In this document: positions 12,694-25,027 of the stretch, in pieces
How the letters are laid out: every line of letters begins with the position of its first letter
Position numbering within the stretch: position 1 is the stretch's first letter
NCBI RefSeq assembly: GCF_006345805.1
Contig: NC_043004.1
Span: 70,866,001 to 70,930,000 of the forward strand
Direction of reading: 5' to 3'
From: Octopus sinensis
Lineage: Eukaryota
Length of the DNA stretch: 64,000 nt
Translations under genes and position numbers: made by a program
The notes under the pieces: model-generated
Told to the model about the DNA's origin: nothing
What the model saw: only the letters and a program-made list of their open reading frames with translations
Databases searched by the model: none

Positions 12694-13134
12694 AGACGTA
12701 GGAGTGGCTGTGGGGTAAGTAGCTTGCTTACGAACCACATGGTTCCTGGTTCAGTCCCACTGCGTCGCACCTTGGGCAAGTGTCTTCTGCTATAGCCTTG
12801 GGCCTACCAAAGCCTTGTGAGTGGATTTGGTAGATGGACACTGAAAGAAGCCGGTCGTATATATGTGTGTATATATATATATATATACGTATATATGTGT
12901 GTGTATATATATATATATGTGTGTGTATATGTTTGAGTGTCTGTGTTTGTTCCCCCCAACATCGCTTGACAACCAATGCTGGTGTGTTTACGTCCCTGTA
13001 ACTTAGCGGTTCGGCCAAAGAGACCAATAGAATAAGTACTAGGCTTACAAAGAATAAGTCCTGGGGTCGATTTACTCGACTAAAGGCAGAGCTCTAGCAT
13101 GGCCACAGTCAAATGACTGAAACAAGTAAAAGAG
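12694..13134 (+). mobile_element. tRNA-derived SINE family A (representative copy)
   Basis: Head GGAGTGGCTGTGTGGTAAG..GGTTCAGTCCCA, CCTTGGGCAAGT core, internal (TA/TG)n and GTAAAAGA tail. More than 20 copies. + strand: about 1-265, 18478-18895, 25315-25697, 27224-27606, 32398-32785, 33947-34800, 50815-51566, 57708-58153, 59611-60030. Confidence 0.9.
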
Positions 13135-13423
13135 TATGGATGGTCGCAGCTGGAATGCCTTTTGTCATCGGTTTGCTTGATTAGAACTAGACAACAACAA
13201 CAACGATTACAGCAACCACAACAACAAAAACAAGTAAAACAACATGCTAAAAACAAAATTTGAAAAAATTTGCTTTTGCTTGCTCTGAACAAAATTATGC
13301 ACAAGCTAAGTTTGAAAACGATTGAGTGCACTAGTTTAAAGACAATAGCAAGTCTTCAGTTGCTTCCAAAGTGCCATTATTTATACAATTATATATACCT
13401 CTTCTCTTTCCAATGTGTTTTAG

Positions 13424-13614
13424 AAAGAGATTTCTGTATTACAGGGCGAGGAGGGTCTGCGGAAACACCCGCCTACATCGTACGACATGGATAGAGTGAA
13501 GACAACCTTGAAGCAGTTTGTCAGAGATTGGAGCGAGTCTGGCCGAAGTGAAAGATCAGCCTGCTACGATCCTGTTATCAAAGAAATCAGACGCAGATTT
13601 CCACCCCAAATGTG
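13424..13614 (+). CDS. CARNMT1: Carnosine N-methyltransferase 1 orthologue, internal coding exon A (alternative in-frame acceptor at 13445)
   Basis: Pyrimidine tract and TTTTAG acceptor (13423), GTAAGT donor at 13615. Translates [63 protein letters not shown], matching the CARNMT1/N2227 motif [28 protein letters not shown]. Ends in phase 2 (TG). Confidence 0.93.
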
Positions 13615-13719
13615 GTAAGTAGGGCTTAAAAAAAAAAAAAAAATTACTATATTGTCTGTGTGTGTGTGTGTACCTGTCTATGTGTGTTCTACTTGGGCTG
13701 GATCGGACTTGACAGTGGC

Positions 13720-14126
13720 TTTCAGTTTGTCATTATCCACCTTTGTTTCTGGTCAACTGCATTGCTTATTTGTGAGGTCAAAGTTACCAGAACAAAATTT
13801 TTCAAACCATTTCGATACTATCTGCTGTGTAATACTAGAATGAAATACTCCATTAATATTCTGAGCTATCTGTGATGCTGTATTTCCAAGAAAGAACTCA
13901 TATTTCAAAACTGTACGAATTTCCGAATTCTCCATCTCTAAACAAAAATAACAAAAAACGATTTATAAATACTTTATACAGCACAAAATGAGTTAGAATA
14001 AAGAAATAGATGTGTCAGCTTTCTTACAAAAAATAAAGATTGTCAAAATATAATAATGGTGCAAAATGAGCAACTGTCAAAGTTTACCTTATACCTTACT
14101 ACAAATTTCATACTTGATGACCTAAT
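13720..14126 (-). mobile_element. Mariner 5' fragment (N-terminal HTH)
   Basis: MENSEIRTVLKYEFFLGNTASQIAQNINGVF...VSKWFEKFCSGNFDL. TIR-like end ...ACTTGATGACCTAATA. Confidence 0.8.
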
Positions 14127-14707
14127 ATGTATATAAAATATAGCACATATATATATTCTTGTATTCTTTTACATGTTTTAGTCACATGACTGTGGCCATG
14201 CTGGAGCACCACCTTGAAGAGTTTTTAGTTGAATAGATTGACCAGAGAACTTATTTTTCTAAAGCCTAGTACTTATTCTATTGGTCGCTTTTACCAAACC
14301 ACAAAGTTATGGGGATGTGAACACACCAACACTGGTTGTCAAGTGATCATAGGGGGACAAACACAAAGACACACACAGATATGTACATACATGCATACAT
14401 ACGCACACACACACACACACACATACATATGACAGGCTTCTTTCTGTATCCATTTCCAAATCCACTCACAAGGCTTTGGTCAACCTGTGGCTATAGTAGA
14501 AGACATTTGCCCAAAGTCTAACACAGTGGGACTGAACTGGCACTAATTATTTCTTTGTATAATAGCGTTCACTTGCTTAGTAAATATTGCTTTCATTATT
14601 TTATCACAGTCATAATCTCTCTTTTTTGAACAAACATCAAGATAGTCCAACTATGTTAGGGTGCAAAGAGGCCATCTTTCGTTTTTACTTACATAAATGT
14701 CATTTCT

Positions 14708-14942
14708 GTTTGTTAATTTCCTTGAATTTTTTTTATTTATTTACTTTTGTTTTAAAGTGAAAGGGAGGAGAAATTGAAAGATGTATGAACGTGTATATGA
14801 AATGGATGTGTGTATGTATGTGTGTGTGAGCGTGTGTGAGAGAGAGAGAGTGAGTGAAGGACAATGTTGTCATGTGTATGTACATACATAAATACATATT
14901 CATACGTCTTTTTTGTATGTATATATGTGTGAGTGTGTGCGT

Positions 14943-14987
<45 letters not shown>

Positions 14988-15089
14988 GATGTTTAAGTGG
15001 CATTCTTTCTCTCTCACATGCACACCTACCAAGAAGATGTATGCATATTTATGTATGTACATATGCATGACAACATACCTTTTCACTCA

Positions 15090-15125
<36 letters not shown>

Positions 15126-15230
15126 TCCATTTCATATACCCGTACATATATCTTTCAGTTTCTTCTCTCTTTCACTTTAAAGAAAAAGTGAATGGATAAA
15201 AGAATTCTTAAGGAAATTAATTAACAAAAC
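14708..15230. repeat. Long imperfect inverted repeat (~250-bp arms)
   Basis: TTAATTTCCTT..TTTAAAGTGAAAG..ATATGAAATGGATGTG..TGTTGTCATG mirrors CATGACAACA..CACATCCATTTCATAT..CTTTCACTTTAA..AAGGAAATTAA. Confidence 0.85.
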
Positions 15231-15947
15231 CAGCTGTTCATTTTGACATTTCTGAGACAACAACTGAAAGATGGCCTGCAAAAAGGTAGCAGCGACCACA
15301 TGGAGATATTTGAATACCTGTAGCACGACAAACAGACATAGTAACAAATTCACTTAATTCATAGATAACGATGAAAAGGAAATAAGTCACATGTGTGTCT
15401 GTGTGTGTGTTTGAGAGAGCATTGCAAACATTGAATGAAATAAGCATGAAATGAAAAAAAGCATATAAATAAAAACTCGTTAAAAACTATCTTGTACCGA
15501 ATATTTAAATTTGTGAACTTGAAATATTCAATAATAAAAGGAAGTTGAGAAAGTGTATTTTCCCGAAAACTTCAATTTATAAAAAATCTCAATTGCTTAG
15601 TAAATATTTCTTTCAGTAATTTATCATTGTTGTAATATATTTCTAATTTAAACAAACTTCAAGGTAACTGAACTACTTTTAGCATGCTAGAAGTAGCAGT
15701 GATCACAGAGATATTATTGTAAGGCTTATAGCATTCCAAGAAGCCATACCAACAAAACCACTTTGTAATTTTTGAAAAATATTTATACGGGTATATTATT
15801 ATATACACATCCATCCTATTATGACGTCTGCTTTCTATTCAGGCATGGGTTGGACAGTTCAATAGCATCTGATGCATTGAATGCCTGTATCTTACTCCAA
15901 TATTTCTGATGTGGTATGGTTTCTATGGCTGGATGTCCTTCCTAATA

Positions 15948-16359
15948 CTAGCAGTATAGCCTGGCGTTGCTCGGGTTTATTTTCTAGTTGCGCTTAAAAC
16001 GGCAGACTTTGATTGACATAGTTTCAATCTTTTTTGAAAAGTAAAAATTTTTCATTATGCAGCTTATTATTCTCTTTAAGTGAACAGTGAACATTCTTCT
16101 GGTTGAAATACACCGAAAAATGGCGACACAGCAGTCAAAAAATCGTAAAAAATAGGGATTTTCATAGAAAAAAAGCACCTTTTTGATGTAAATAATTTTT
16201 GGTCTTAACATGGTCCAATTTGAATTTCTTCTACGGAATGAAGAGCAAGCCTTCTATCATATTCTCAATTTTAGTCAACTTGCGCTGCAGGGTCTCGGAG
16301 GAGATTGTGTGAGTTGGAAGCTACCAAACCTGCCACACACACAGCTTTATATGTATAGA
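15948..16359 (-). mobile_element. Non-autonomous Helitron
   Basis: On the minus strand it starts A|TC and ends with a GC-rich hairpin (CCCGAGCAACGCCAGG) and CTAG|T. There is no TSD. Confidence 0.75.
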
Positions 16360-16799
16360 TTAGCAATTTATTGCACATACATTTTAATAACAAAATCTTA
16401 CATGGATTCCCCAGAGCCATATGGACCCCGGTTGGGAACCACTGCTCTAGAATTTCTCTGTTACATCTTGAGAGCTACTGAGACATTAGAGGAGTCAATA
16501 AAGGAGTATATATCTTTTGTGCTTACTCCTTTGTGTAACTGCTGCATGTGAAGTTTATCTTCTCTGTAATCTATTTATGTTCCCTCTGCATCTTTTATGC
16601 TTCCATAGTTTGCATTAGGTACATTGATAGAATAATTACCTACTCCGTTTCTGCATATTGAGCATAGCTAGTTCCCTGATGGTACCAAGGTCCTGTCTTC
16701 TTTCCCATGTAATAATACTTTAACCTTGTCAAATTCCTTTTGAGGCCTTATGATCCCAGATTTTGCTCCCATGTCTGAAATTTCTTCATTAATTTTGCC

Positions 16800-17690
16800 A
16801 TGGATTCACCTTTAAGAGTTAGATTATTGATGTAAAGAAGCTCCCGCTAGTATTTGGTCTTGAGCTCATTTGCTGTGGCTTGGAAGACTTTAATGAACAG
16901 AAAAGAGCTGATGGTTGGGCCCTGGTGTATCCCTACCTTCATGCTGAATTCATCACTTTACTTATCACTAACTTTCACCTTGCTGGCTGCACCTTTCTAC
17001 ATGACTTGTATAGTTCTCACAAACCATTCATCTTCTCTCAGATTCCTCAGTGACTGTCTGATTACAGAGTGGAGAACTCTAATGTCAACCTTTTCTAGGT
17101 TAACAAATGCCATGTTACTCCTAGTTAGATTCTTCTTCTGCAGCTGTCTCACTAGAAAGATGGCATTACCAATAATTCTTCCAGGTACAAAACTAAACTG
17201 CATTGCATCTATGTTTATTCTCAACCTAATAATTTATGCCATAATGCTTTCTGCAACCTTCATAATCTAGTCCAATAATTTAACTCTTTCATGACCAACC
17301 TGGCTGAAACCAGCTCTGGCTCTGAGTACAAATATCTTGTTTCTGTAAGTTTTGAATTAAAATCTTCCACCAAACCTTAGTCACAATTTATGTCCCCAAC
17401 ACTAGCTTAATGATAATGAAGTTATTTTACTAAATTCTTTGTTATATTTAAAATTAATTGAAAGAAACACAGAGCATCTCAACAGAAATATGGTAACAAA
17501 AGGGTTAATGCCTCTGTCATCATCTCTCTATAATATTGTTTTCGCTCTTGTAACAGTGGACTATGATACTGCTATGCTTGTCATCAGGTATGATGTCCTC
17601 CTCTTCTACCTGATTTACTAAGCAGGTGACCAATCCATATCCAAGAGTGCCAGATATTTTAAGCATCTTTAAACATCTCAGTGGTGATAC
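16800..17690 (-). mobile_element. RTE-clade LINE reverse transcriptase fragment
   Basis: MQFSFVPGR..NAIFLVRQLQ..MAFVNLEK, a degenerate RT segment interrupted by a TTAA MITE. Confidence 0.8.
17280..17508. mobile_element. TTAA MITE family 1, inserted in an RTE fragment
   Basis: TTAACTCTTTCATGAC ... GTAACAAAAGGGTTAA, opposite orientation to the 1484 copy. Confidence 0.8.
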
Positions 17691-18255
17691 TTGATGGACT
17701 AAAAACCTTCCCTACCTTTGCATCCTTCATTGCTTTATCCACCAGACTGCTGTCCACTTAGTCCATTCCTCTTTTGGGTCTATTTCGGGTTGGCCCACTT
17801 TCTCCCATATATTCTCTTCCACACTTCTTTCTTTCTATTGTCAGTAAGAACAAGTGTGCCATTCTCATTCCATGAATGCTTTTCCTCAGCGTTGTCCACA
17901 CTGCTTTGCAATCTGGAATTCCTTACAACTCTGATCCTCATGTCTTAGGACATTGGCAAACTTCTTACTCTGAGTTTCTTCCCTCCCACCTTCTTTCTCC
18001 CTCCCCCCTCTCTCTGTACTCTCTTTTGCTCTTTTACTGTTTTACTTGTTTCAGTCATTTGACTGTGGCCATGCTGGAGCACCGCCTTTAGTCGAGCAAA
18101 TCGACCCCAGGACTTATTCTTTGGAAGCCCAGTACTTATTCTGTCGGTCTTTTTTGCTGAACCGCTAAGTTACAGGGATGTAAACACACCAGCATCGGTT
18201 GTCAAGCGATGTTGGGGTGGTGGACAAACACAGACACACAAACATATATACACAG

Positions 18256-18305
<50 letters not shown>

Positions 18306-18635
18306 GACAGGCTTCTTTCAGTTTCCATCTACCAAATCCACTCACAAGGCTTTGGTTGGCCCGAGGCTATAGTAGAAGACACTTGCCCAAGGTGCCACGC
18401 AGTGAGACTGAACCTGGAACCATGTGGTTGGTAAGCAAGCTACTTACCACACAGCCACTCCTATGCCTATATATATAAGTGCAGGTGTGGCTGTGTGGTA
18501 AGAAGCTTACTTCTCAACCACATGGTTCCAAGTTCAGTCTCACTGTGTGGCACCTTAGGCAAGTATCTTCCACTATAGCCTTGGGCTGGAAAAAAGCTTT
18601 GTGATTGGATTTGGTAGACAGAATCTGAATGAAGT

Positions 18636-18669
<34 letters not shown>

Positions 18670-19687
18670 GAGTGTGTGTGTGTTTGTATCTTTGTGCTTG
18701 TGTTTGTCGTCAACCACCATTTGACAACTGGTGTTGGTGTGTTTACATCCCTGTGACTTGGTGGGTTAGCAAAAGAGACTGATAGAATAAGTATCAGGTT
18801 AAAAAAAAAATGTACTGGGGTTGATTTGTTTGACTGAAAATTCTTCAAGGCGGTGCTCCAGCATAGCCGCTGTCTAATGAGCGAAATAAACAAAGTGATA
18901 GAGGATTATATATATATGAGAGAGAGAGAGCGAGAGAAAGGGTGGAGAGAAAGGGAGGAGGAGAGAGAGGGAGGGAAAGAGATCCTTATTATAAATGGAG
19001 GTTAAGTATACTTATGTAAATGAAACCCTGCCAGCTGTTCCCTTCATCTCCTATCAAACCCTTCCCAAGTGTCTTGTACCTAGCACTACCTCTTACGCTA
19101 CCAGCTTGTTTGAAGGAATGAAACAAGTGATTTGTACCTCACATCACCTCTTATACTGACAAGTTTTCTGGACAGATGGATAAATGGTTCAGTAGAGAGT
19201 AATTTTTTCCTGACAAATAGCTATTATCTAATCTACCTTTTTGTGATGGGATGTCCCTGCACTTAGACTGGTCTTCATGTTCAGTAAGGGAGTTTCTACA
19301 TGGAAATAAATAAGAGCTGTATCTCCCTCAAATTAAACTCTAACACCTTAAAAAAAATGTGTGGGGGAGATGAGATGATTGCAACTTGAACCCTTTTCAG
19401 CTGATATCTGTTCAACCTAGGCTGACTTGGGACTAAACAGTTCTGGCAGTGCTTTTACAGACCCTGTCATACTCCCCCTACGGATAACATGCGGAGCAAG
19501 GTAACTTTTATAGGACTCACCGTGCAGAGTGATTGGCAAATGAGCAGAGAATTTGTAGGTTTGTGAGACCCCTTTAATCCTATCTTACCAAGGTGTACTC
19601 AACCTCTCTAGTGTTAGTCTCATTAGAAAATGCACCTAGTACACTATGTAAGGGGTTAGCATCCAGCCATGGAAACGAAGCCAAATT

Positions 19688-19803
19688 ATATATATGGGCA
19701 TGGTGTATATAGATGGGCATGGTGTATATAGATGGGCATGGTGTATATATATGGGCATGGTGTATATAGATGGGCATGGTGTATATATATGGGCATGGTG
19801 TAT
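19688..19803. repeat. 19-bp minisatellite x6
   Basis: ATGGGCATGGTGTATATA(G/T) at 19694, 19713, 19732, 19751, 19770 and 19789. Confidence 0.95.
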
Positions 19804-19976
19804 GAGAGCATCGACTCCCAATAAGAATTGATTTGGACTGTGATGAGCTGACTAATTCATACCAGCATGGAGACTAGACATTTGATGATGATAATGAGGG
19901 CATGTGTGTATGTGTGTGTGTGTGTGTGTGTTTGTGAATATGTGTGTGGTTGTCAGGTTTGTGAAATAATAATATC

Positions 19977-20228
19977 TTGGGTTGGTGCATAATTATTGTG
20001 GGGTTTTTTTCAACAAATTTTATTCAACAATAACAATAACAACATGTAACAAAAGCATCTTTAAATGATTATTCCGGAGCATATTCACCATCTACTTCAA
20101 TTACTGCTTCCCATTTGCTTGGCAGACAGTCAGACTGTCATTTAAAGATGTTTTTGTTAAATATTGTTATTGTTTTTCTTGAATAAAATTTGTTGAAAAA
20201 ATGCTGCAATAATTATGCACCAATCCAA
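19977..20228. mobile_element. Mariner-derived MITE
   Basis: TIRs TTGGGTTGGTGCATAATTATTG / CAATAATTATGCACCAATCCAA(TA). The inverted arms extend about 90 bp. Confidence 0.8.
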
Positions 20229-20471
20229 TATATGATAGACATTAATCAGATATTTAGTATGTGGGAGAAGGTGGGCACGTTTATTATATTTTAAAAAATG
20301 ATTGTAATGACAATCTACTTGAGTTTCACCTGACAGCTGGTGGATCACCTGGCAAAGTAAAGTTTTCTTAAAAATATCAGAACACTTTCACATGAACTCC
20401 ATTGGTTGCATGCAAGAGATCTAGATAAGTTGTAGAAGTTGGAAAAATAATTTATGGACACCCTGTGTATA

Positions 20472-20682
20472 TATGAGGGGGTGCTGAAAAGTTCCTGGCT
20501 TTGGGTAAAAGAAAATATAGAGGATCAGTTAATTATGGTTTTATTCAACATATTCCCCTCTAAGATTTACACACTTATTGCAGTGGTCCTTCAGTTTTTC
20601 CAAGCCCTGTAAAATAACCTGAAAGGTTGGCTCTCCAACTAGGTCTTTCATAATACCCTTAAAGCCAGGAACTTGGCTGCTT
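20472..20682. mobile_element. Mariner-type MITE
   Basis: TATGAGGGGGTGCTGAAAAGTTCCTGGCTTT at the left and AAAGCCAGGAACTT at the right. Confidence 0.65.
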
Positions 20683-22334
20683 CTTCTTGTGTGTGTGTGT
20701 GTGTGTAAATTACATAAACCAGGAAAAAACAATCATCCCCTCCCCACTGCAGCTTTTATAGATTGATTGTAATCCTATGGGTGGGTAATTAACCCTGGCC
20801 ACAATTTGAATCCCCAGGTAGAATTTGAACCCCAAATACAAAGATCCAGGACAGATGTTTAGCAAGTGTTTCTCAAAGAAAGTGGGAGATAATTTAAAAA
20901 ATTTAGAAGCAGTCTTTTTAGTAAATTTGCATAATTAGAGTGATGGCAATCTGGTTCTTCTTTGCTAGCGAATGAAAACTGTGGGCATGTTTCAATCTAC
21001 TTGACCTCATCAACATGATATAATCTAACCAAGTCTACCACTCACTATATAAGTTTTTACATGTAAGGCTTGTTTTCTTTCTCCCATCAAAGAGGGCAAT
21101 TTCACTAAAATTTTTTTGTGTATATTTAATTACTAACCTTAACATAATTTTACATTTTATCCTTGTGAGATTATGGTTTTGATTCCCAGACTGGGCATTG
21201 CATTGTGTTCTTGAGCAAAACACTTCATAAACATCATGCGATGGTTGTAAACATGCATCACTGATATACAAATGGTGGTACCCCAGCATGGCCACAGCTC
21301 GTGAGCTGAAACTAGATGAAATAAAAAATAGATAAAGTGAGCCAAATGACCGAAACAAGTAAAAAGTAAAAAAAAACGTAGATGTAATTATGCTAAGAAA
21401 CAGCAAGATTTCTTTCATCATCATCATCATTGTTTAATGTCCAGTCTCTATGCTGGCATGGGTTGGATGGTTTGACGTGGAACAGGCTAAGAGGAAGCTG
21501 TCTGGATTCCAACTGTCCAATGCCCTTCCTAATACCAACCACGCAACAGAGTGTGTTGGGTGATTTTTGCGTGTCACCGTGACATTTTACGTAGTTCAAC
21601 TTACACAAGTTAATGTGTGAATAACAAAATAGGAATTTTAGAAGAAGTCTCCAGAAAACTAGTTTTTAAACATTGAATGGCTGTTGCGGGGTTCACCAGA
21701 ATAAAATAGTAATCAAAGGGGTCCATAGATAAAATATGGAGAACCCCTACTCTCAACAACTATCAATAATCCGTTTTCCCCTTCATCGCTACACCTCCTC
21801 CTCTCCCCCCAGTTAGCACTTGCTCCACTTCCACCCTGTTGCAACTGCACATCTGTTCTTCTCATCTTACCATCCTCCACCTCACACTTAGAGTCCATCT
21901 CTCACTCTCTCTCTCTCTCTTGTATACTCTTTCAGTTAATAAGATTCATGTTAGACCTATGATCGTCACTAGTGCTGGTACCACTAAAAACAGCATTCTG
22001 TACATTCCGTGAAGTGGTTTGTGTTCGGAATGGCATCCAGTTGTAGAAACCATGTCAAAGTAGGGATTGGTGTGTGATACAGTCATCTGACTTGTTAGGA
22101 CCTGTTAAAACCATCCTATCCATCCTATATATATATATATCATTTAATAACAAACTTTAGGTTGCATGGAATTTGGTCAGACTGTTATTAAATAGTATAT
22201 GTAACACCTGCTGAATGTGTTGAGTGCCATTTTCTTTTGTTTGTCCACTCACTTGTGTGTGTGTGTGTCTGATGTGCAAATAATTCTGCCAGCTCACTAC
22301 TTTACATATGTATGTGTGCATATGTCTATATATG

Positions 22335-22370
<36 letters not shown>

Positions 22371-22379
22371 GATCTTTAT

Positions 22380-22765
22380 CTTTTACTTGTTTCAGTCATT
22401 TTACTGTGGCCATGCTGGAGCACCGCCTTTAGTCGAGCAAATCGACCCCGGGACTTATTCTTTGTAAGCCCAGTACTTATTCTATCGGACTCTTTTGCCG
22501 AACCGCTAAGTGACGGGAACATAAACACACCAGCATCGGTTGTCAAACAATGCTAGGGGGACAAACACAGACACACAAACATACACGCACACACATATAT
22601 ACGACGGGCTTCTTTCAGTTTCCGTCTACCAAATCCACTCACAAGGCATTGGTCGGCCCGGGGCTATAGCAGAAGACACTTGCCCAAGATGCCACGCAGC
22701 GGGACTGAACCCGGAACCATGTGGTTAGTTAGCAAGCTACTTACCACACAGCCACTCCTGCGCCT
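22380..22765 (-). mobile_element. SINE family A (representative minus-strand copy)
   Basis: Reverse complement of the family A consensus. Other minus copies at about 540-925, 14165-14540, 18030-18468, 30640-31220, 42366-42780, 48425-48865 and 53222-53632. Confidence 0.9.
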
Positions 22766-23964
22766 ATGTATACACACATACATAATGTATTCATTTCATC
22801 AATGACAACGTGTGTGTATATATGTTTGTCATATGTCACTATGACATTGTCTTCGTTTCTCTTTATGCAGTAGACAAAAGACAACTAGACAGACAGACAG
22901 ATTGGTAAATAGGTAGATTGCTAAATAATGGTTGACTTGATGGACAAATAAAGAAAAAATGCACAGGCATACAGCTTTGGCTGGAATTTAGTTTATGTAA
23001 ATTTTTGTGAAGGTCAGCTGTGGGTTGAGTTGATCTTTTTCTTAGTTCTTATTATTATGTGACACACAAGGCGGCAAGCTGGCAGAATGGTTAGCATGCT
23101 GGACGAAACACTTAGCAGTATTTTGCCTGTTGTTACGTTCTGAGTTCAAATTCTGCCGAGGTCGATGTTGCCTTTCACTCTTTCGTGGTTGATGAAATAA
23201 GTACCAGTTATGTACTGGGGTTGATATAATCGATAAAGTTTCCCTCCCCAAATTTCAGGCCCTATGCCTCTTGTAGAAAGGATTATTATGTGACACATAC
23301 AAGGCAGCTACCTGGCCGAATTGTTTAGCACATCAGACAGGATGCTAAGTGGCATTTCTTCTGGCCTCCTATGTTCTGAGTTGAGGGCATCTTTGCCCTT
23401 CATCCTTTTAGGCGGTGTTCATAAAATAAAGTACCAGTTCAGTATGGGGGGGAGGTGTCATTGTAATCAACTAAATCCTTCTATCTAAAAATTGGTGGTC
23501 CCACGTGGAATGCTCCTTAATGTGTCATTGTAAAAACCATATAAAATATATAGTAAGATACAAGACAAAATATCATAAATGATAGAGAAATTTTTGTCTG
23601 TCATTGGGCTTCATGGAGGCAAAGTAGTGAGTTTCTTTCGAGTGTTGGGCCTCACAGAGGCAATGACCAAAACATTTGGCATTATGTTGTGTTTGAGAAG
23701 AAAACCTGTCAAGCCGAGCAAATCGCAGTCGTGGAAGATACTGGTGTCATGCAAATGGCACCTGTGCTGGTGGCACATAAAAGCACAGCACCCATTACAC
23801 TCTCGGAGTAGTTGGCATTAGGAATGAATAGCATCTAGCTGTTGAAAACCATGCCAAATCAGACTGGAGTCTGGTGCAGCCTTCCAGTTTACCACCTCTG
23901 GTCAAACTCTCCAACCCATGCCAGCATTGACAATGGATGTTAAATGATGATGATGATGATGATA

Positions 23965-24208
23965 TATATAGTTGTAAAAATGAGTGGAAATGGCTTTTTT
24001 TGTGGGGATGATTTTTATTTCAATAATGATGTTTACAATGAGTTACTCTGTTTATAAATTTCAAGCTGCAGATAACCACTTTCACACTGAAAACAGCGAT
24101 TTCAAGCTTGGAACTCATAAACAGAATAACTCACTGGAAACATTATTATCAAAATAAACATTATCATCACAAAAAAAAGCCATCTCCACTCATTTTTTCA
24201 AATATATA
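23965..24208. repeat. Inverted repeat / fold-back MITE-like element
   Basis: AAAAATGAGTGGAAATGGCTTTTTTTGTG..CAAGCT mirrors AGCTTG..CACAAAAAAAAGCCATCTCCACTCATTTTT, embedded in TA-rich flanks. Confidence 0.85.
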
Positions 24209-24255
24209 ATACTGTACCAAGAATTTTGTTTTTACTATTCTATTATATATATATA

Positions 24256-24645
24256 CTACCAGTATCGCCCGGCGTTGCTCAGGTTTGTAAGAGAAATAAC
24301 TATATAAACATTTTTAGAGAGTTATAGCCAAAAAAATAGCAAAAAAATGCATTAAAAATGGAAAACAAATGATGGTAATTTTTTTTTTAAATCGTTGACT
24401 CATCGTAGACATTTTTAGAGAGTTACTTCCCTTATATAATAGCGAAAAAATGCATTAAAATGGGAAAAAAATGATGTTAAATTATTTTTAAAATCGTAGA
24501 CTCATCGTAGACCCAGAAGAGCTCGATATGAATCACGACTATAAGATACCCGCTTTTGGTTACACTGCACCGAAAATGTGGGAGTAGTTAAGAATCTAAA
24601 TCGTAGGAGACAGACAGTACACAACCTTACTTTTATATATAAAGA
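24256..24645 (-). mobile_element. Non-autonomous Helitron with internal duplication
   Basis: Same termini as the 15948 copy (TC start; CCTGAGCAACGCCGGG hairpin; GTAG end) but a different interior, with CATTTTTAGAGAGTTA repeated. Confidence 0.7.
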
Positions 24646-24981
24646 TTTCATCATCATCATCATCATTGTCATCATTTAATGCTACTTTTCCATATTTGTG
24701 TAGGCCATATGGAATTAATTGAGGCAGACATCCTGTGGACAGATATCCTTACTGTCACCAATACATTCTGATGATGCTGTGCAATGGGACTGAATGAAGA
24801 CCATATAACCTATAACCACTCCTGCATCTGGTCCTGGGTTCAGTCCCACTGCGTGGCACCTTGGGCAAGTGTCTTTTACTACAGCCTCAGGCCGACCAAA
24901 GCCTTGTAAATGGATGCGATAGACAGAAACTGAAAGAAATCTGTTGTATATACATACATACATACATACAAACATACATAC

Positions 24982-24984
<3 letters not shown>

Positions 24985-25027
<43 letters not shown>

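Noticed and set aside
13270-13494. Listed 74-aa ORF overlapping exon A
   Set aside because: Wrong frame. The conserved CARNMT1 peptide is in another frame bounded by splice sites.
19688-19803. CRISPR-like regular repeats (also 40520-41310)
   Set aside because: Contiguous tandem units without unique spacers, no cas genes, and a eukaryotic context.
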